NCBI GenBank assembly: GCA_000990585.1 | Contig: LBQD01000002.1 | Coordinates: 120,016-184,015 of the forward strand | Length of the DNA stretch: 64,000 nucleotides | From: Candidatus Moranbacteria bacterium GW2011_GWE2_35_2- | Lineage (GTDB): Bacteria > Patescibacteriota > Minisyncoccia > Moranbacterales > UBA9337 | Reading direction: 5' to 3' | In this document: piece by piece, positions 40,136-49,814 of the stretch | How positions within the stretch are numbered: the stretch's first letter is position 1 | How the letters are laid out: each line of letters begins with the position of its first letter | Notes under the pieces: generated by a model | What the model was told of the DNA's origin: nothing | The model's input: the letters and a program-made list of their open reading frames with translations, nothing else | The model's database searches: none | Program-made: the position numbers and the translations under genes

Positions 40136-41671
40136 ATGTTTGTGCCATCTCGAGTATTTTCAGCAGCTACAATTGGACTGGATAGTGAAGTGGTCGAGGT
40201 GGAAGTCGACGTTCTTTCTGGTGGACTGCATCAATTTACGATTGTCGGATTGGCGGATACTTCTATTAAAGAATCGCGCGATCGCGTTTCCAGCGCCATC
40301 AAAAATAGCGGATTCAAGCCGCCTCATCAGTGTGGAAGAATCACAGTTAATCTTGCTCCCGCTGATCTTCCAAAAATCAGTCCGATTTATGATCTTCCTA
40401 TTGCTATCGGTTTTTTGACGGCGACAAATCAGTTGGATTTTGATTTTTCCAAGAAAATATTTGCCGGAGAGTTGGCTCTTGATGGAAAAGTGCGCGCGGT
40501 GCAGGGAATTTTGCCGATCGCTCTTATGGCAAAGGAAAAAGGATTTGAGGAAATTTATATTCCTAATGAAAATGCCAGGGAGGCGAGCGTGGTAAAAGGA
40601 ATAAAAATTATCCCTATCGGTAGTCTTTTTCAAATTTCCAATCATTTGATAGGAGATGAAATTGTGAGCGAATTTCCTCCGGCTGAAATTGAAGATTTGT
40701 TTTTAGATTACAAAAGTGAATATGATATGGCGGATGTCAAAGGGCAACAGCAAGCCAAACGGGCATTGGAAATTGCCGCTGCTGGAGGGCATAATATTAT
40801 TCTTAATGGTCCTCCGGGATCGGGAAAAAGTATGTTGGCAAAAACTATGGTTTCAATTTTACCGCGACTCACAATGAAAGAGGCGCTTGAGGCGACAAAA
40901 ATATTTTCTATTTCCGGAAAATTGAGCAAGAATAATCCGTTGGTTTTGGAGCGACCGTTTCGATCTCCCCATCACAGCGCCAGCGCCGTTTCTTTGGTGG
41001 GTGGCGGGACATATCCCAGACCCGGGGAAATCAGTCTTTCTCATCGCGGAGTTTTGTTTTTGGATGAGTTTGCCGAATTTCCGAAAAACGTTATGGAAAG
41101 TTTGCGTCAGCCGTTGGAAGATGGGGTGATTACGGTATCGCGCGCCAGAGGAACACTGCAATTTCCGGCACAGTTTATTTTAGTAGCGGCAATGAACCCG
41201 TGTCCTTGCGGAAACGCGACCGATCCGGGCAAGCTTTGTTCTTGTACGCCAGCACAGATATCGAAATATCAAAGAAAAATATCCGGTCCAATTTTGGATC
41301 GTATTGATTTGCAAATTGAAGTTCCGCGTCTTGATTTTGATAAATTGGATAGTGAAATCAAGGGAGAATCGAGCGTTTCTATCCGAAAAAAAGTTGAAAG
41401 CGCGCGAAAAATTCAAGCCGATAGATTTTCAAATCTTCCAATTATTACTAATAGTGAAATGGGAGCCAAGCAAGTCAGGAAATTTTGTGTTTTGGATGAT
41501 GAGTGCAAGAGTCTTTTGCGATCGGCAGTTTCTTCGATGGGACTTTCTGCTCGGTCGTATTTTCGCTTGATTAAAATTGCGCGAACTATTGCCGATTTGG
41601 ACGGTATTGATGATATAAAAAAAGGGCATATAGCTGAAGCAGTACAATATCGTTTTAAAACGGATTTGTAA
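40136..41671 (+). CDS. comM: ComM/YifB Mg-chelatase-like AAA+ ATPase
   Basis: VGLAD..IKESRDRV, GPPGSGKS, PFRSPHHS, AAMNPCPCG; start ATG 40136 or GTG 40142. Confidence 0.93.
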   Translation: MFVPSRVFSAATIGLDSEVVEVEVDVLSGGLHQFTIVGLADTSIKESRDRVSSAIKNSGFKPPHQCGRITVNLAPADLPKISPIYDLPIAIGFLTATNQLDFDFSKKIFAGELALDGKVRAVQGILPIALMAKEKGFEEIYIPNENAREASVVKGIKIIPIGSLFQISNHLIGDEIVSEFPPAEIEDLFLDYKSEYDMADVKGQQQAKRALEIAAAGGHNIILNGPPGSGKSMLAKTMVSILPRLTMKEALEATKIFSISGKLSKNNPLVLERPFRSPHHSASAVSLVGGGTYPRPGEISLSHRGVLFLDEFAEFPKNVMESLRQPLEDGVITVSRARGTLQFPAQFILVAAMNPCPCGNATDPGKLCSCTPAQISKYQRKISGPILDRIDLQIEVPRLDFDKLDSEIKGESSVSIRKKVESARKIQADRFSNLPIITNSEMGAKQVRKFCVLDDECKSLLRSAVSSMGLSARSYFRLIKIARTIADLDGIDDIKKGHIAEAVQYRFKTDL

Positions 41672-41675
41672 AAAT

Positions 41676-42659
41676 ATGAAATCAAAAAGTAAATTTAAAA
41701 TTATTATAGTAGTAGGAATGCTTCTGGGTGTGGTTTTTGGCGCTAAAGCTTTTTTTTCTGAGGGAGAACTGATACAGGGAAGCATTGAAAGTGAAAAAAA
41801 AGTCATTTGCGATGATGATGGAATGGTTTTTGAAGTGCGGACGAAAGCCAAATTTGTCAAGGATTTTTTAGATGAACAGAAAATCGAAATCGGAAAAAAA
41901 GATTATATATCAATGCCGGAAGATGCTGTTTTGTACTCCAACTCTATAATTTCCATTTTACGTTCCAAAAAAATAACTGTTTTCGATGGTGATATTAAAA
42001 AAGAATATGAAACTTTTTTTTCGGATATGCAAAATTTTTTTTGGAGTAATAACATCAAATTGGCTGAATTTGATATTGTTGATCCTGAAATTTCAACTCC
42101 GATTTACAACAAGATGGAAATTGAAATAATCAGAGTGGAAATTCGAGAAGAAGTAAAAAATGAACAGATAAAATTTAAAACAGTTAGCGAGGATGATAGC
42201 GATATGGGGTGGAGAGAAGAAAAGGTTATACAGAAGGGAGAAAATGGGACAAAAAAAATCGAATATGAAGTGGTTTATTACAATGACAAAGAAATTTCTC
42301 GTAAAATTAAAAATAGTGAAATTATTAAAGAACCGACTGAAAAAATTATTAAAAAAGGAACTTATGTGAAAATCGGGAAAGCGCACAAAGGTTTGGCGAG
42401 TTGGTATGCTCAGCCAAGTCACTTGAAATCAGCTTTCCCGTCTCTTACCGGATACTACGCAGCTAATCCTTGGCTTCCCAAAGGAAGTTATGTTAAAGTA
42501 ACAAATAAAAATAGCGGAGATTCGATAATTGCTAGAATTAATGACAGAGGACCGTTTGGTCCGGGAAGAATAATTGATCTGGATAAGACGGCATTTTCCG
42601 CAATTGCTTCGCTCGGAGCCGGAGTAGTGGATGTTAAGATGGAAGAAATACTGAATTAA
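41676..42659 (+). CDS. DUF348/G5 domain protein with RlpA-like double-psi barrel
   Basis: G5 (QKGENG...EP...I.KKGT), GLASWY, RINDRGPF..GRIIDL. Confidence 0.85.
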   Translation: MKSKSKFKIIIVVGMLLGVVFGAKAFFSEGELIQGSIESEKKVICDDDGMVFEVRTKAKFVKDFLDEQKIEIGKKDYISMPEDAVLYSNSIISILRSKKITVFDGDIKKEYETFFSDMQNFFWSNNIKLAEFDIVDPEISTPIYNKMEIEIIRVEIREEVKNEQIKFKTVSEDDSDMGWREEKVIQKGENGTKKIEYEVVYYNDKEISRKIKNSEIIKEPTEKIIKKGTYVKIGKAHKGLASWYAQPSHLKSAFPSLTGYYAANPWLPKGSYVKVTNKNSGDSIIARINDRGPFGPGRIIDLDKTAFSAIASLGAGVVDVKMEEILN

Positions 42660-42823
42660 TTTAAGACCTGTGCATTTGGATAATTTTCGTATGGTTTTCC
42701 AGAAAAATATTTTTTTCTCCGGTCCTTTCGAGGGACACGGACAGCTACGAAAAAAACATTTTTCCGGAAAACCGAAAGTTTTGTTATTCAATCAGGTGAG
42801 TCTTGTATATTAATTTAAAAATT

Positions 42824-43699
42824 ATGCCAGTTAAGCTCGGTCAAAATTTTTTAAAGGATGAGAATGTTGTGGAAAAAATTATTAAAGCGGCAGACTTGAA
42901 AAGTGATGACGTGGTTTTGGAAGTGGGACCAGGGAAAGGAGTGTTGACTAATGAATTAGCCAAATTTTCCAATCGAGTGATTGCAGTGGAGAAGGATGAA
43001 GAATTGGTGAAAATGACAGCTGGCAATTTTCAATTTTCAATTTTTCCTCCAAAGGCGGACCAGCCCGGGGCTGGCAATTTTCAATCAATTTCCAATGATT
43101 TAAGTTTAAATTTTAAAAATAATGTTGTCATCATTTCAGGTGATATCCTGGAAATAAATCTGGATAAATTGCTAGAAGCTAATAATGTTGTAAACTACAA
43201 GGTGGTTGCCAATATTCCATATTACATCACTTCAAAAATTATCCGTTTGTTTTTGGAAAGTGAAAATCCGCCGAGTGAGATGATTTTGATGGTGCAAAAA
43301 GAAGTAGCAGAGCGGATTGTGGCAAATCCGGGACAAATGAGCATTTTGGCGGTGAGTGTGCAATATTATGCCAAAGCCGAGTATCTTTTTACGGTCGGAA
43401 GGGAGTCGTTTGATCCGGCGCCGGAAGTGGATAGCGCGGTTATAAAAATTTCAGGAATCAGGAATCAGGAAGCAGGAAGCAGGAATAATGAAGAGGTAAA
43501 AAAGTTTTTTCGGATTGTGAAAGCGGGGTTTTCCGCCAAGAGAAAAACGTTGGCCAACAATCTTTCCAATAGTTTGCATAAAGATAAAAAAGAAATCGAA
43601 AGCATACTTTCGCAATTGGGATTTCTTTCAACAGTCCGGGCGCAGGAACTTTCAGTGGAAGATTGGAAAAAGCTTTCCAATATATTTAATATTGGATAA
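42824..43699 (+). CDS. rsmA: 16S rRNA dimethyladenosine transferase
   Basis: LGQNFL, EVGPGKG, VVANIPYYITS; carries in-frame repeat insert. Confidence 0.95.
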   Translation: MPVKLGQNFLKDENVVEKIIKAADLKSDDVVLEVGPGKGVLTNELAKFSNRVIAVEKDEELVKMTAGNFQFSIFPPKADQPGAGNFQSISNDLSLNFKNNVVIISGDILEINLDKLLEANNVVNYKVVANIPYYITSKIIRLFLESENPPSEMILMVQKEVAERIVANPGQMSILAVSVQYYAKAEYLFTVGRESFDPAPEVDSAVIKISGIRNQEAGSRNNEEVKKFFRIVKAGFSAKRKTLANNLSNSLHKDKKEIESILSQLGFLSTVRAQELSVEDWKKLSNIFNIG

Positions 43700-45329
43700 A
43701 AATAATTTTTATCAATATTGCTCCGTAAAAAATCAAAGGAGCCATTATCCACCAGGGGAGGTTGCGGTGGGTTATTTTTTTTGTGCTATCTGGTGAAGAA
43801 TAGTTCACAATCCAAAAAGAAATTCCGCCAAACAAAATTGCCCACCAAAACAAACGCGATTCATTGAGAAGGAAAACACTTGAGATATAGGAAATCAAAA
43901 TTCCGCTTCCAACAACAATTTTTCCCCAATATTCTCCAAAAACAACCGGAATTGTAAAAACCCCGTCATTTCTGTCTCCCTCGATATCTTTGAAATCTTT
44001 AATTGGCAGAGAAAGCGTGAAAGAAATTAAAAGCAGCCAGATTATTTCCGATGGAAGGCGAGAAATGTTTTGTTCGGGGGCAACCAGAATAAATCCGGAA
44101 AATAAAATTATAAGCGAAGCTAGCGCGCTTACAGCGGTGGAAATGAAAGCAAAACGCTTGAGGCGCAAAGGAAAAGCGGAATACATCCATGCAATAGCTT
44201 GGTAAGCAATCAGAAGAAGGGCAATCTTAAAGTCGATAATCGCGGAAAAAAATATAGAAACAATAAAAAGAGTAATTCCAATAGATAGATATTGTTGCAA
44301 AGAAAAGATGCCTTTTGCAAGTGGACGATTTGAATTTGAGATGGTATCAATTTTTTGATCGAAAACATCATTAAAAACAACTGAAGCCGTCCATGCAAAC
44401 GATATCGAAAGTAAAAGTAGAATCAGAGAAAAAATATTGAAAAAAGAAAAAAACAGAATCGGTTTTGTAAAAATAATTCCCAAACCTATTCCGAAAATAA
44501 ACAATCCCGAATGGTAAAATATTTGTGGTAGGCGAACGTTATGCAAAAAAGACACAAGTTTATGTTTGTTTGTGTGAAAATAGAATATGAAAATGATGAT
44601 AAACAACAGGAGTGAATATATAATACTCATTTTTATATTCAAGGCGTCGATCAGTTCGGTGTTGTTGGTCGAGAAAATATTTGCCGGAGTCAAAAACATT
44701 TGAGCAATATCGGTAGAATTTATATCGGTAAATCCTCGTATCCAGCCTCGTGTTGCGATTGTAATCCATGAAGGAAAAGTTCCGAGAATAAAAAAAGCCA
44801 TATAGGAAGATAGGGTTAGCAAAAAGGATTTCAGTATTTTTTTAGTTTTAGTAAAGCTGTAAATAAAAATAAAAAATAGCGAAAGGGCCACTTCGATTCT
44901 GACTCCATAGGTAATTCCCATTTGAGGATTGTCGCCGAAAAAAGTGAAAAATCTTTGCGTCATCCCATATAGGCTGTCAAAAATATAGAAACTCCAAAAA
45001 CCTTGCCCATTGGAAATTACATAATCTATTGTTGGAGGAGTTAATAGTATTAAGAATCCCCATGATAAAACATTAGCTATTTTTTTAATTTCAATTGGAA
45101 TAAATATTTTTATTATCCAAATAAATATTAAAAAGGAAGTCAAAAAAAACAAAAAAGTGTGCGTGAATTCGAAAAACAAAAAATTTCCAGAAGCACTGGA
45201 GAATCCGTGTAAAAAAGCTTCCGTGAAAAGACGAAGAATAATTAAAGAGAAGAAAAAAACAGAAAAGCTTGACATGCTTATTTGCGTGTTCTCAATGCTG
45301 GTTATTATCTTTTCGACTTGTTTTAGCAT
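43686..45329 (-). CDS. UbiA family prenyltransferase with N-terminal membrane extension
   Basis: NDVFDQKID...RPL, KDFKDIEGD. Confidence 0.85.
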   Translation of the reverse strand: MLKQVEKIITSIENTQISMSSFSVFFFSLIILRLFTEAFLHGFSSASGNFLFFEFTHTFLFFLTSFLIFIWIIKIFIPIEIKKIANVLSWGFLILLTPPTIDYVISNGQGFWSFYIFDSLYGMTQRFFTFFGDNPQMGITYGVRIEVALSLFFIFIYSFTKTKKILKSFLLTLSSYMAFFILGTFPSWITIATRGWIRGFTDINSTDIAQMFLTPANIFSTNNTELIDALNIKMSIIYSLLLFIIIFIFYFHTNKHKLVSFLHNVRLPQIFYHSGLFIFGIGLGIIFTKPILFFSFFNIFSLILLLLSISFAWTASVVFNDVFDQKIDTISNSNRPLAKGIFSLQQYLSIGITLFIVSIFFSAIIDFKIALLLIAYQAIAWMYSAFPLRLKRFAFISTAVSALASLIILFSGFILVAPEQNISRLPSEIIWLLLISFTLSLPIKDFKDIEGDRNDGVFTIPVVFGEYWGKIVVGSGILISYISSVFLLNESRLFWWAILFGGISFWIVNYSSPDSTKKITHRNLPWWIMAPLIFYGAILIKIIFIQY

Positions 45330-45488
45330 ATTTTTTTTAAAACTAGCATTTATTCTTGTATATGTCTAGAAATATAATTTTTTTTATGGTATAATTTTAG
45401 GTATGGAATATGCGGTTTGCGTATATTTTGAATAGTGTTAAAATAATAATAAATTGTGCGATAGTGCCATTTATAAAATAAAATAAAA

Positions 45489-46478
45489 ATGAAATCCAGA
45501 AGTATTCTCTTGCCATTATTTGTATTTTTAGTTATTGTTTTTTCAAGTTTTTCATTTTTTGTTTTTGCGGATGATAACAAAAATGAAAAAAGCGTTCTTT
45601 TAGATTCGGATCAGGATGGTCTTAGCGATCAAGAAGAGAAATCTTATGGAACTGATCCTAATAATGCTGATACTGACGGAGATGGTTATTCTGACGGAGT
45701 GGAATTGAGAGGCGGATATGATCCGCTTAAACCCGCTCCCGGAGATAAAATCATAAATAACAGTGATAGTGTTGTTATGGCGGAAGGCGTGGGCGGAGAG
45801 CAGGATCTTTCAGAAGATGAAAATCTAACCAATGAATTGTCAAAAAATGTTGCCAATTTGATTTCTGATGCAAAGTTGAGCGGTGAAGATTTGAGCTTGG
45901 CGGATATTGATGAACTGGTTAATACTACTTTAACTTCCAAAGTATCATTTGAAGATCTTCCTAATGTGAATGAGGATGAAATTAAAATAAAAAAACAGAA
46001 TTACAGCAAGCTGGATGAGGATGAGCGAAAAGAAAAAGAGAATGAGGATACGCTGGAATACTTGACAGCTGTTTCTTATTTGGCGTTGGATAGTTTTCCT
46101 TATAAAATTTCAGAAGAAAAAGATTTAGAGAAATTTTCCCTTGATTTTGTTTCTCAATTTTCTCTTTTTCTTTCCGCTTCTTCCGATAGCGAGGAATATT
46201 TTAGTGGTCTGGCGGAAAAAGGCGAAGATTTTTTGGATGCTTTGAAAGAAATAGAAGTTCCCGAAAATTTACTAGAAAATCATATTCAGGGAATGCAATT
46301 GGCAAATTATGTTATTTCTATGAAAGGAGAGATGACGATTGATCAAACTGATCCGATATCTTCACTTGTCCAGTTGTCAAAAATTCAAGGGTTGATTACT
46401 CTAACGGAAGAATATGTTCAAGAAATGCATCTTTTATTTATAACCGCGGGGATATCTGAAATTCCTATAGAATTGTAA
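45489..46478 (+). CDS. Secreted protein with DxDxDG Ca-binding repeats
   Basis: Signal peptide, DSDQDGLSD.EE..YGTDP..ADTDGDG. Confidence 0.8.
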   Translation: MKSRSILLPLFVFLVIVFSSFSFFVFADDNKNEKSVLLDSDQDGLSDQEEKSYGTDPNNADTDGDGYSDGVELRGGYDPLKPAPGDKIINNSDSVVMAEGVGGEQDLSEDENLTNELSKNVANLISDAKLSGEDLSLADIDELVNTTLTSKVSFEDLPNVNEDEIKIKKQNYSKLDEDERKEKENEDTLEYLTAVSYLALDSFPYKISEEKDLEKFSLDFVSQFSLFLSASSDSEEYFSGLAEKGEDFLDALKEIEVPENLLENHIQGMQLANYVISMKGEMTIDQTDPISSLVQLSKIQGLITLTEEYVQEMHLLFITAGISEIPIEL

Positions 46479-46489
46479 AATAAAAATAA

Positions 46490-47392
46490 ATGAATAAATA
46501 TAGAAAAATAAAAACAACTACCTTTTTTCTTCTTATATTTTTTTTCGGTATTTTCGGAGGAAAGTCAGCCAGAGCTGCTTGGTGGGGTGAGAATTTTGCC
46601 GCTAATGGCGTGCAGATTATGATAGAGGAGTTGAAAAAACAAATCAAGGATATGGGTCTGGGAGCGGGAAAACAAGCAGCTGCTGAAATGGTTATTGATC
46701 AAGTTGATTCAATATTGTCAGGATCTTCCGGCAGTGGATCGTTGATAATTCAAGATTGGGATGAGTATCTTTTTGAAGCCTCTACGGATAATACTAATTT
46801 ATATGTAAACGACCTGATTTCTGCGAGTATGGGGGGGAAAAATTCAAATCTCAATTATATTCCGGCAGGAGGAGATTTTAATTATTCCCATTATTTGGCA
46901 GAATATACTAAAAAGCAGTTGGGTGGCGGCGGATCGATAAAGAAAAATTCTTTTATTGAAGAGATTATCGGAGATCCGACTGTTCCTATGACCGGTACTG
47001 CCGGTTGGCGGCGGTTTAGCGCTCTTCAAGAGAGTAATCCTATAGGCAACACTTTGAAAATTCAGTCTGCGATGATGGAAAAGCAAAGACAAGAAGAAAA
47101 AAAAGCGGAAATAAAAGCGATTATTGGAGGAGGATATAAGGGTATTGAAAGTGGAGGGCAGACAATTACTCCCGGATCAACAGTAAAATCTCTCAAAGAT
47201 CAGAGTCAGGCAATGAGTTTCAATATTATTTCTTCTGCAAACAGTATTCCTGAAGTGATTACTTCGGTTATGTCAAGGGTTGTTTTGCAGACGTTTCAAA
47301 AAGGCGTCGGTTCAGCGCGAAGTAATATAAATAAAGAAGAAAATAGCACTCCTCAAACTCCAAAACCGTGGATTAATCCAAATAGCTATTAG
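46490..47392 (+). CDS. Hypothetical secreted protein
   Basis: Signal peptide ending ARA, 300-aa ORF. Confidence 0.7.
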   Translation: MNKYRKIKTTTFFLLIFFFGIFGGKSARAAWWGENFAANGVQIMIEELKKQIKDMGLGAGKQAAAEMVIDQVDSILSGSSGSGSLIIQDWDEYLFEASTDNTNLYVNDLISASMGGKNSNLNYIPAGGDFNYSHYLAEYTKKQLGGGGSIKKNSFIEEIIGDPTVPMTGTAGWRRFSALQESNPIGNTLKIQSAMMEKQRQEEKKAEIKAIIGGGYKGIESGGQTITPGSTVKSLKDQSQAMSFNIISSANSIPEVITSVMSRVVLQTFQKGVGSARSNINKEENSTPQTPKPWINPNSY

Positions 47393-47479
47393 AAAAATTC
47401 AATTTTTTCAATATTAAAAACAAGCTTTCTAAGGTTTGTTTTTTTAAATAGATAAATATTCTAAGCTTATAAGTCTTAA

Positions 47480-48682
47480 TTATTTTATTTTTATAATTTC
47501 CATTTCTTTTAAAGCAGATATTATATATTTTGATACGGAGAGATTTTTTTCAATATCTTTTATTTGAAATAAATTAGCACGGGTTTCCGGATGCTTAGGA
47601 ATAAAACGCGTACAACAATCTTGGTGAGGAAGAATAGATGTTTCGAATGTGTCAATTTCTTGTGCTTTGGTGATAATTTCTTCTTTGTCGAATCCAATCA
47701 ATGGTCGTAAAATTGTAATTTGCACTGATTCATTGGTGGCGTTGATATTTTCCAATGTTTGAGAAGCTACTTGAGCGACTGATTCTCCCGTATAGAGCGC
47801 CAAATACTTTTCTTTTTTTGCTAAAGATTCGGCTATCTGAAACATTAGGCGACGATAAAAAATTACACGCAGTTTTTCCGGAACATTCAACAAAATTTCT
47901 TTTTGTATTTCTCCGAATGGTATCATAAATATTTTTGAATTGAGTTGGAATTTTCCTATTATCTTTGCCAATTGTTTGACTTTTTCGACGGATGCCGGAG
48001 AAACAAACGGCATAGAATGAAAATGAATAAAGTCAATTTTGACTCCACGCTTAATTGCGTAGTAGGCAGCAACCGGAGAATCGATTCCTCCGGAAAGAAG
48101 CGCGAGGGCTTTACCGCTTACCCCCTGAGGCATTCCACTCGCGCCTTTGATTTTTTCAAAATATATGAATGAATATTTTTCGGTTATTTCCACGAAACAA
48201 TTAAGATTTGGATTTTTCAGGCACACTTTTATTTTCGGTATTTTTTTTTCCAATTTTGAAAAAAGATAGCCGCCTATTCGTTGGTTTATTTGCTCTGATG
48301 TGAGTGGAATATTTTTATCGCTGCGGCGGGCGCTTATGCGAAAAGTTTTTATTTTTCCAGCCAATTTATTGGTTTGTATTATTTTCCAAATGTTTTTTTC
48401 AATTTCTTTCAAATCGCGGGAAAGTTTCCACGCAAAGGAAAAATTGGCAATTCCGAATACATTCATTAGGGAGTTTGTTATTTTCTTTTGTGTTGCGGCA
48501 TCTATTATTTTTGAAGATGAAATCATAATTCTTCCAAAAAGTCTTTCAGTTTTGAATTCTATTTGTGGAAAGTCTCTTTGTAGAAATTTTCCAATATTTC
48601 GCGTCAAAAAATTTTCGAAAAATTTTCGATTTCCACTTTTGAGAGCGATTTCATTGTAATGGATGATAATACATTGGTTCAT
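47480..48682 (-). CDS. thiI: tRNA 4-thiouridine synthase
   Basis: EIALKSGNR, THUMP, LLSGGIDSPVA, QVASQT. Confidence 0.95.
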   Translation of the reverse strand: MNQCIIIHYNEIALKSGNRKFFENFLTRNIGKFLQRDFPQIEFKTERLFGRIMISSSKIIDAATQKKITNSLMNVFGIANFSFAWKLSRDLKEIEKNIWKIIQTNKLAGKIKTFRISARRSDKNIPLTSEQINQRIGGYLFSKLEKKIPKIKVCLKNPNLNCFVEITEKYSFIYFEKIKGASGMPQGVSGKALALLSGGIDSPVAAYYAIKRGVKIDFIHFHSMPFVSPASVEKVKQLAKIIGKFQLNSKIFMIPFGEIQKEILLNVPEKLRVIFYRRLMFQIAESLAKKEKYLALYTGESVAQVASQTLENINATNESVQITILRPLIGFDKEEIITKAQEIDTFETSILPHQDCCTRFIPKHPETRANLFQIKDIEKNLSVSKYIISALKEMEIIKIK

Positions 48683-48868
48683 ATTATTTCAGATTAGGTA
48701 AAAAATGATAAAATGTCAATTTTTATATCAGGATTAGAAATTTTAATGGATATGGTAAAATAATAATATTAATAAATATAAATTATATTTATGATTTGAT
48801 AGTCTATCTGAGAGAAAGAAAATAATTTTAAAAAGGTAGTAAAAAGCGTAATCATTAATCATAAAAAA

Positions 48869-49258
48869 ATGACAAACGTAAGTGAGAAAAATCAAATTTT
48901 TAGGTGCAATATTTGCGGAAATATTGTAGAAACGGTTAATGTTGGTGGAGCAGAATTGGTTTGTTGTGGGCAGCCGATGGAATTTTTAGTTGCTAAAACG
49001 GAGGATCAAGGCATGGAAAAGCATATTCCAGTTGTGGAAAAAATTGAAAATGGAATTTTGGTAAAAATTGGTGAAATGGCTCATCCGATGCAGCAACAAC
49101 ATTATATTCAATGGATTGAAATATTGTTGAAAAATGGAGAGTCATGTCGAAAATATCTCAATCATGGAGATGCTCCCGAGGCAATTTTTAAGATTGATGA
49201 AAGTCAGATTGAAGGAGTGAGGGAGTATTGCAATGTCCACGGATTGTGGAAAAAGTGA
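48869..49258 (+). CDS. dfx: Desulfoferrodoxin / superoxide reductase
   Basis: C..CGN...CCG, EKH.P, HPM...HYI.WI, YCNVHGLW. Confidence 0.93.
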   Translation: MTNVSEKNQIFRCNICGNIVETVNVGGAELVCCGQPMEFLVAKTEDQGMEKHIPVVEKIENGILVKIGEMAHPMQQQHYIQWIEILLKNGESCRKYLNHGDAPEAIFKIDESQIEGVREYCNVHGLWKK

Positions 49259-49265
49259 AAAAATT

Positions 49266-49814
49266 TTAGAATAAAATATTTTTTTCGATTTGGAGAATGA
49301 TGTCGAGAATTTTTTTTATTTCTTGTCGGGAAAATTTTCCAAGAACGAATTCATGTGCGCCCAAGCGACATGTTTGAGAATCGGAAGTTTTTTCTCCGAT
49401 TCCGACTCGTATTCTGCGGAATTCTTGTGTTCCGATTTCATCGATGATGCTTTGCACCCCGTTGTGTCCGGCAGAAGATGAATTGATGGAGATTTTTAGA
49501 TTTCCCAGTGCAATGTCTAAATCATCATGAATGACAATTATTTTTTCCGGAGTCATTTTGTAAAAATCTAAAATCTTTTTTACAGATTTTCCGGACAAGT
49601 TCATAAAAGTTTGCGGTTTAGCAAAAATAATCTTTTTGTCATCTTGAAATCCTTCGGAAATTTCAGCATTAAATTTTTTTTCCAACTTGAATTGTGAAAA
49701 AAACCATTTTTTTTGCAGTTGATCTAGCAAAATAAACCCCGTATTATGACGGGTTTTTTCATATTTTTTTCCTGGATTTCCAAGGCCTATTACTAATATA
49801 TTTTCTTTATTCAT
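49266..49814 (-). CDS. pth: Peptidyl-tRNA hydrolase
   Basis: GLGNPG..Y..TRHN.G, KPQTFMN.SG, HDDLD, GHNG. Confidence 0.96.
   Translation of the reverse strand: MNKENILVIGLGNPGKKYEKTRHNTGFILLDQLQKKWFFSQFKLEKKFNAEISEGFQDDKKIIFAKPQTFMNLSGKSVKKILDFYKMTPEKIIVIHDDLDIALGNLKISINSSSAGHNGVQSIIDEIGTQEFRRIRVGIGEKTSDSQTCRLGAHEFVLGKFSRQEIKKILDIILQIEKNILF

Noticed and set aside
39918-40148. 76-aa minus-strand ORF
   Set aside because: Low complexity, overlaps the comM promoter and start, no motifs.
40136-41671. comM disrupted by element insertion (a known hotspot)
   Set aside because: The reading frame is intact and full length; the array lies upstream.
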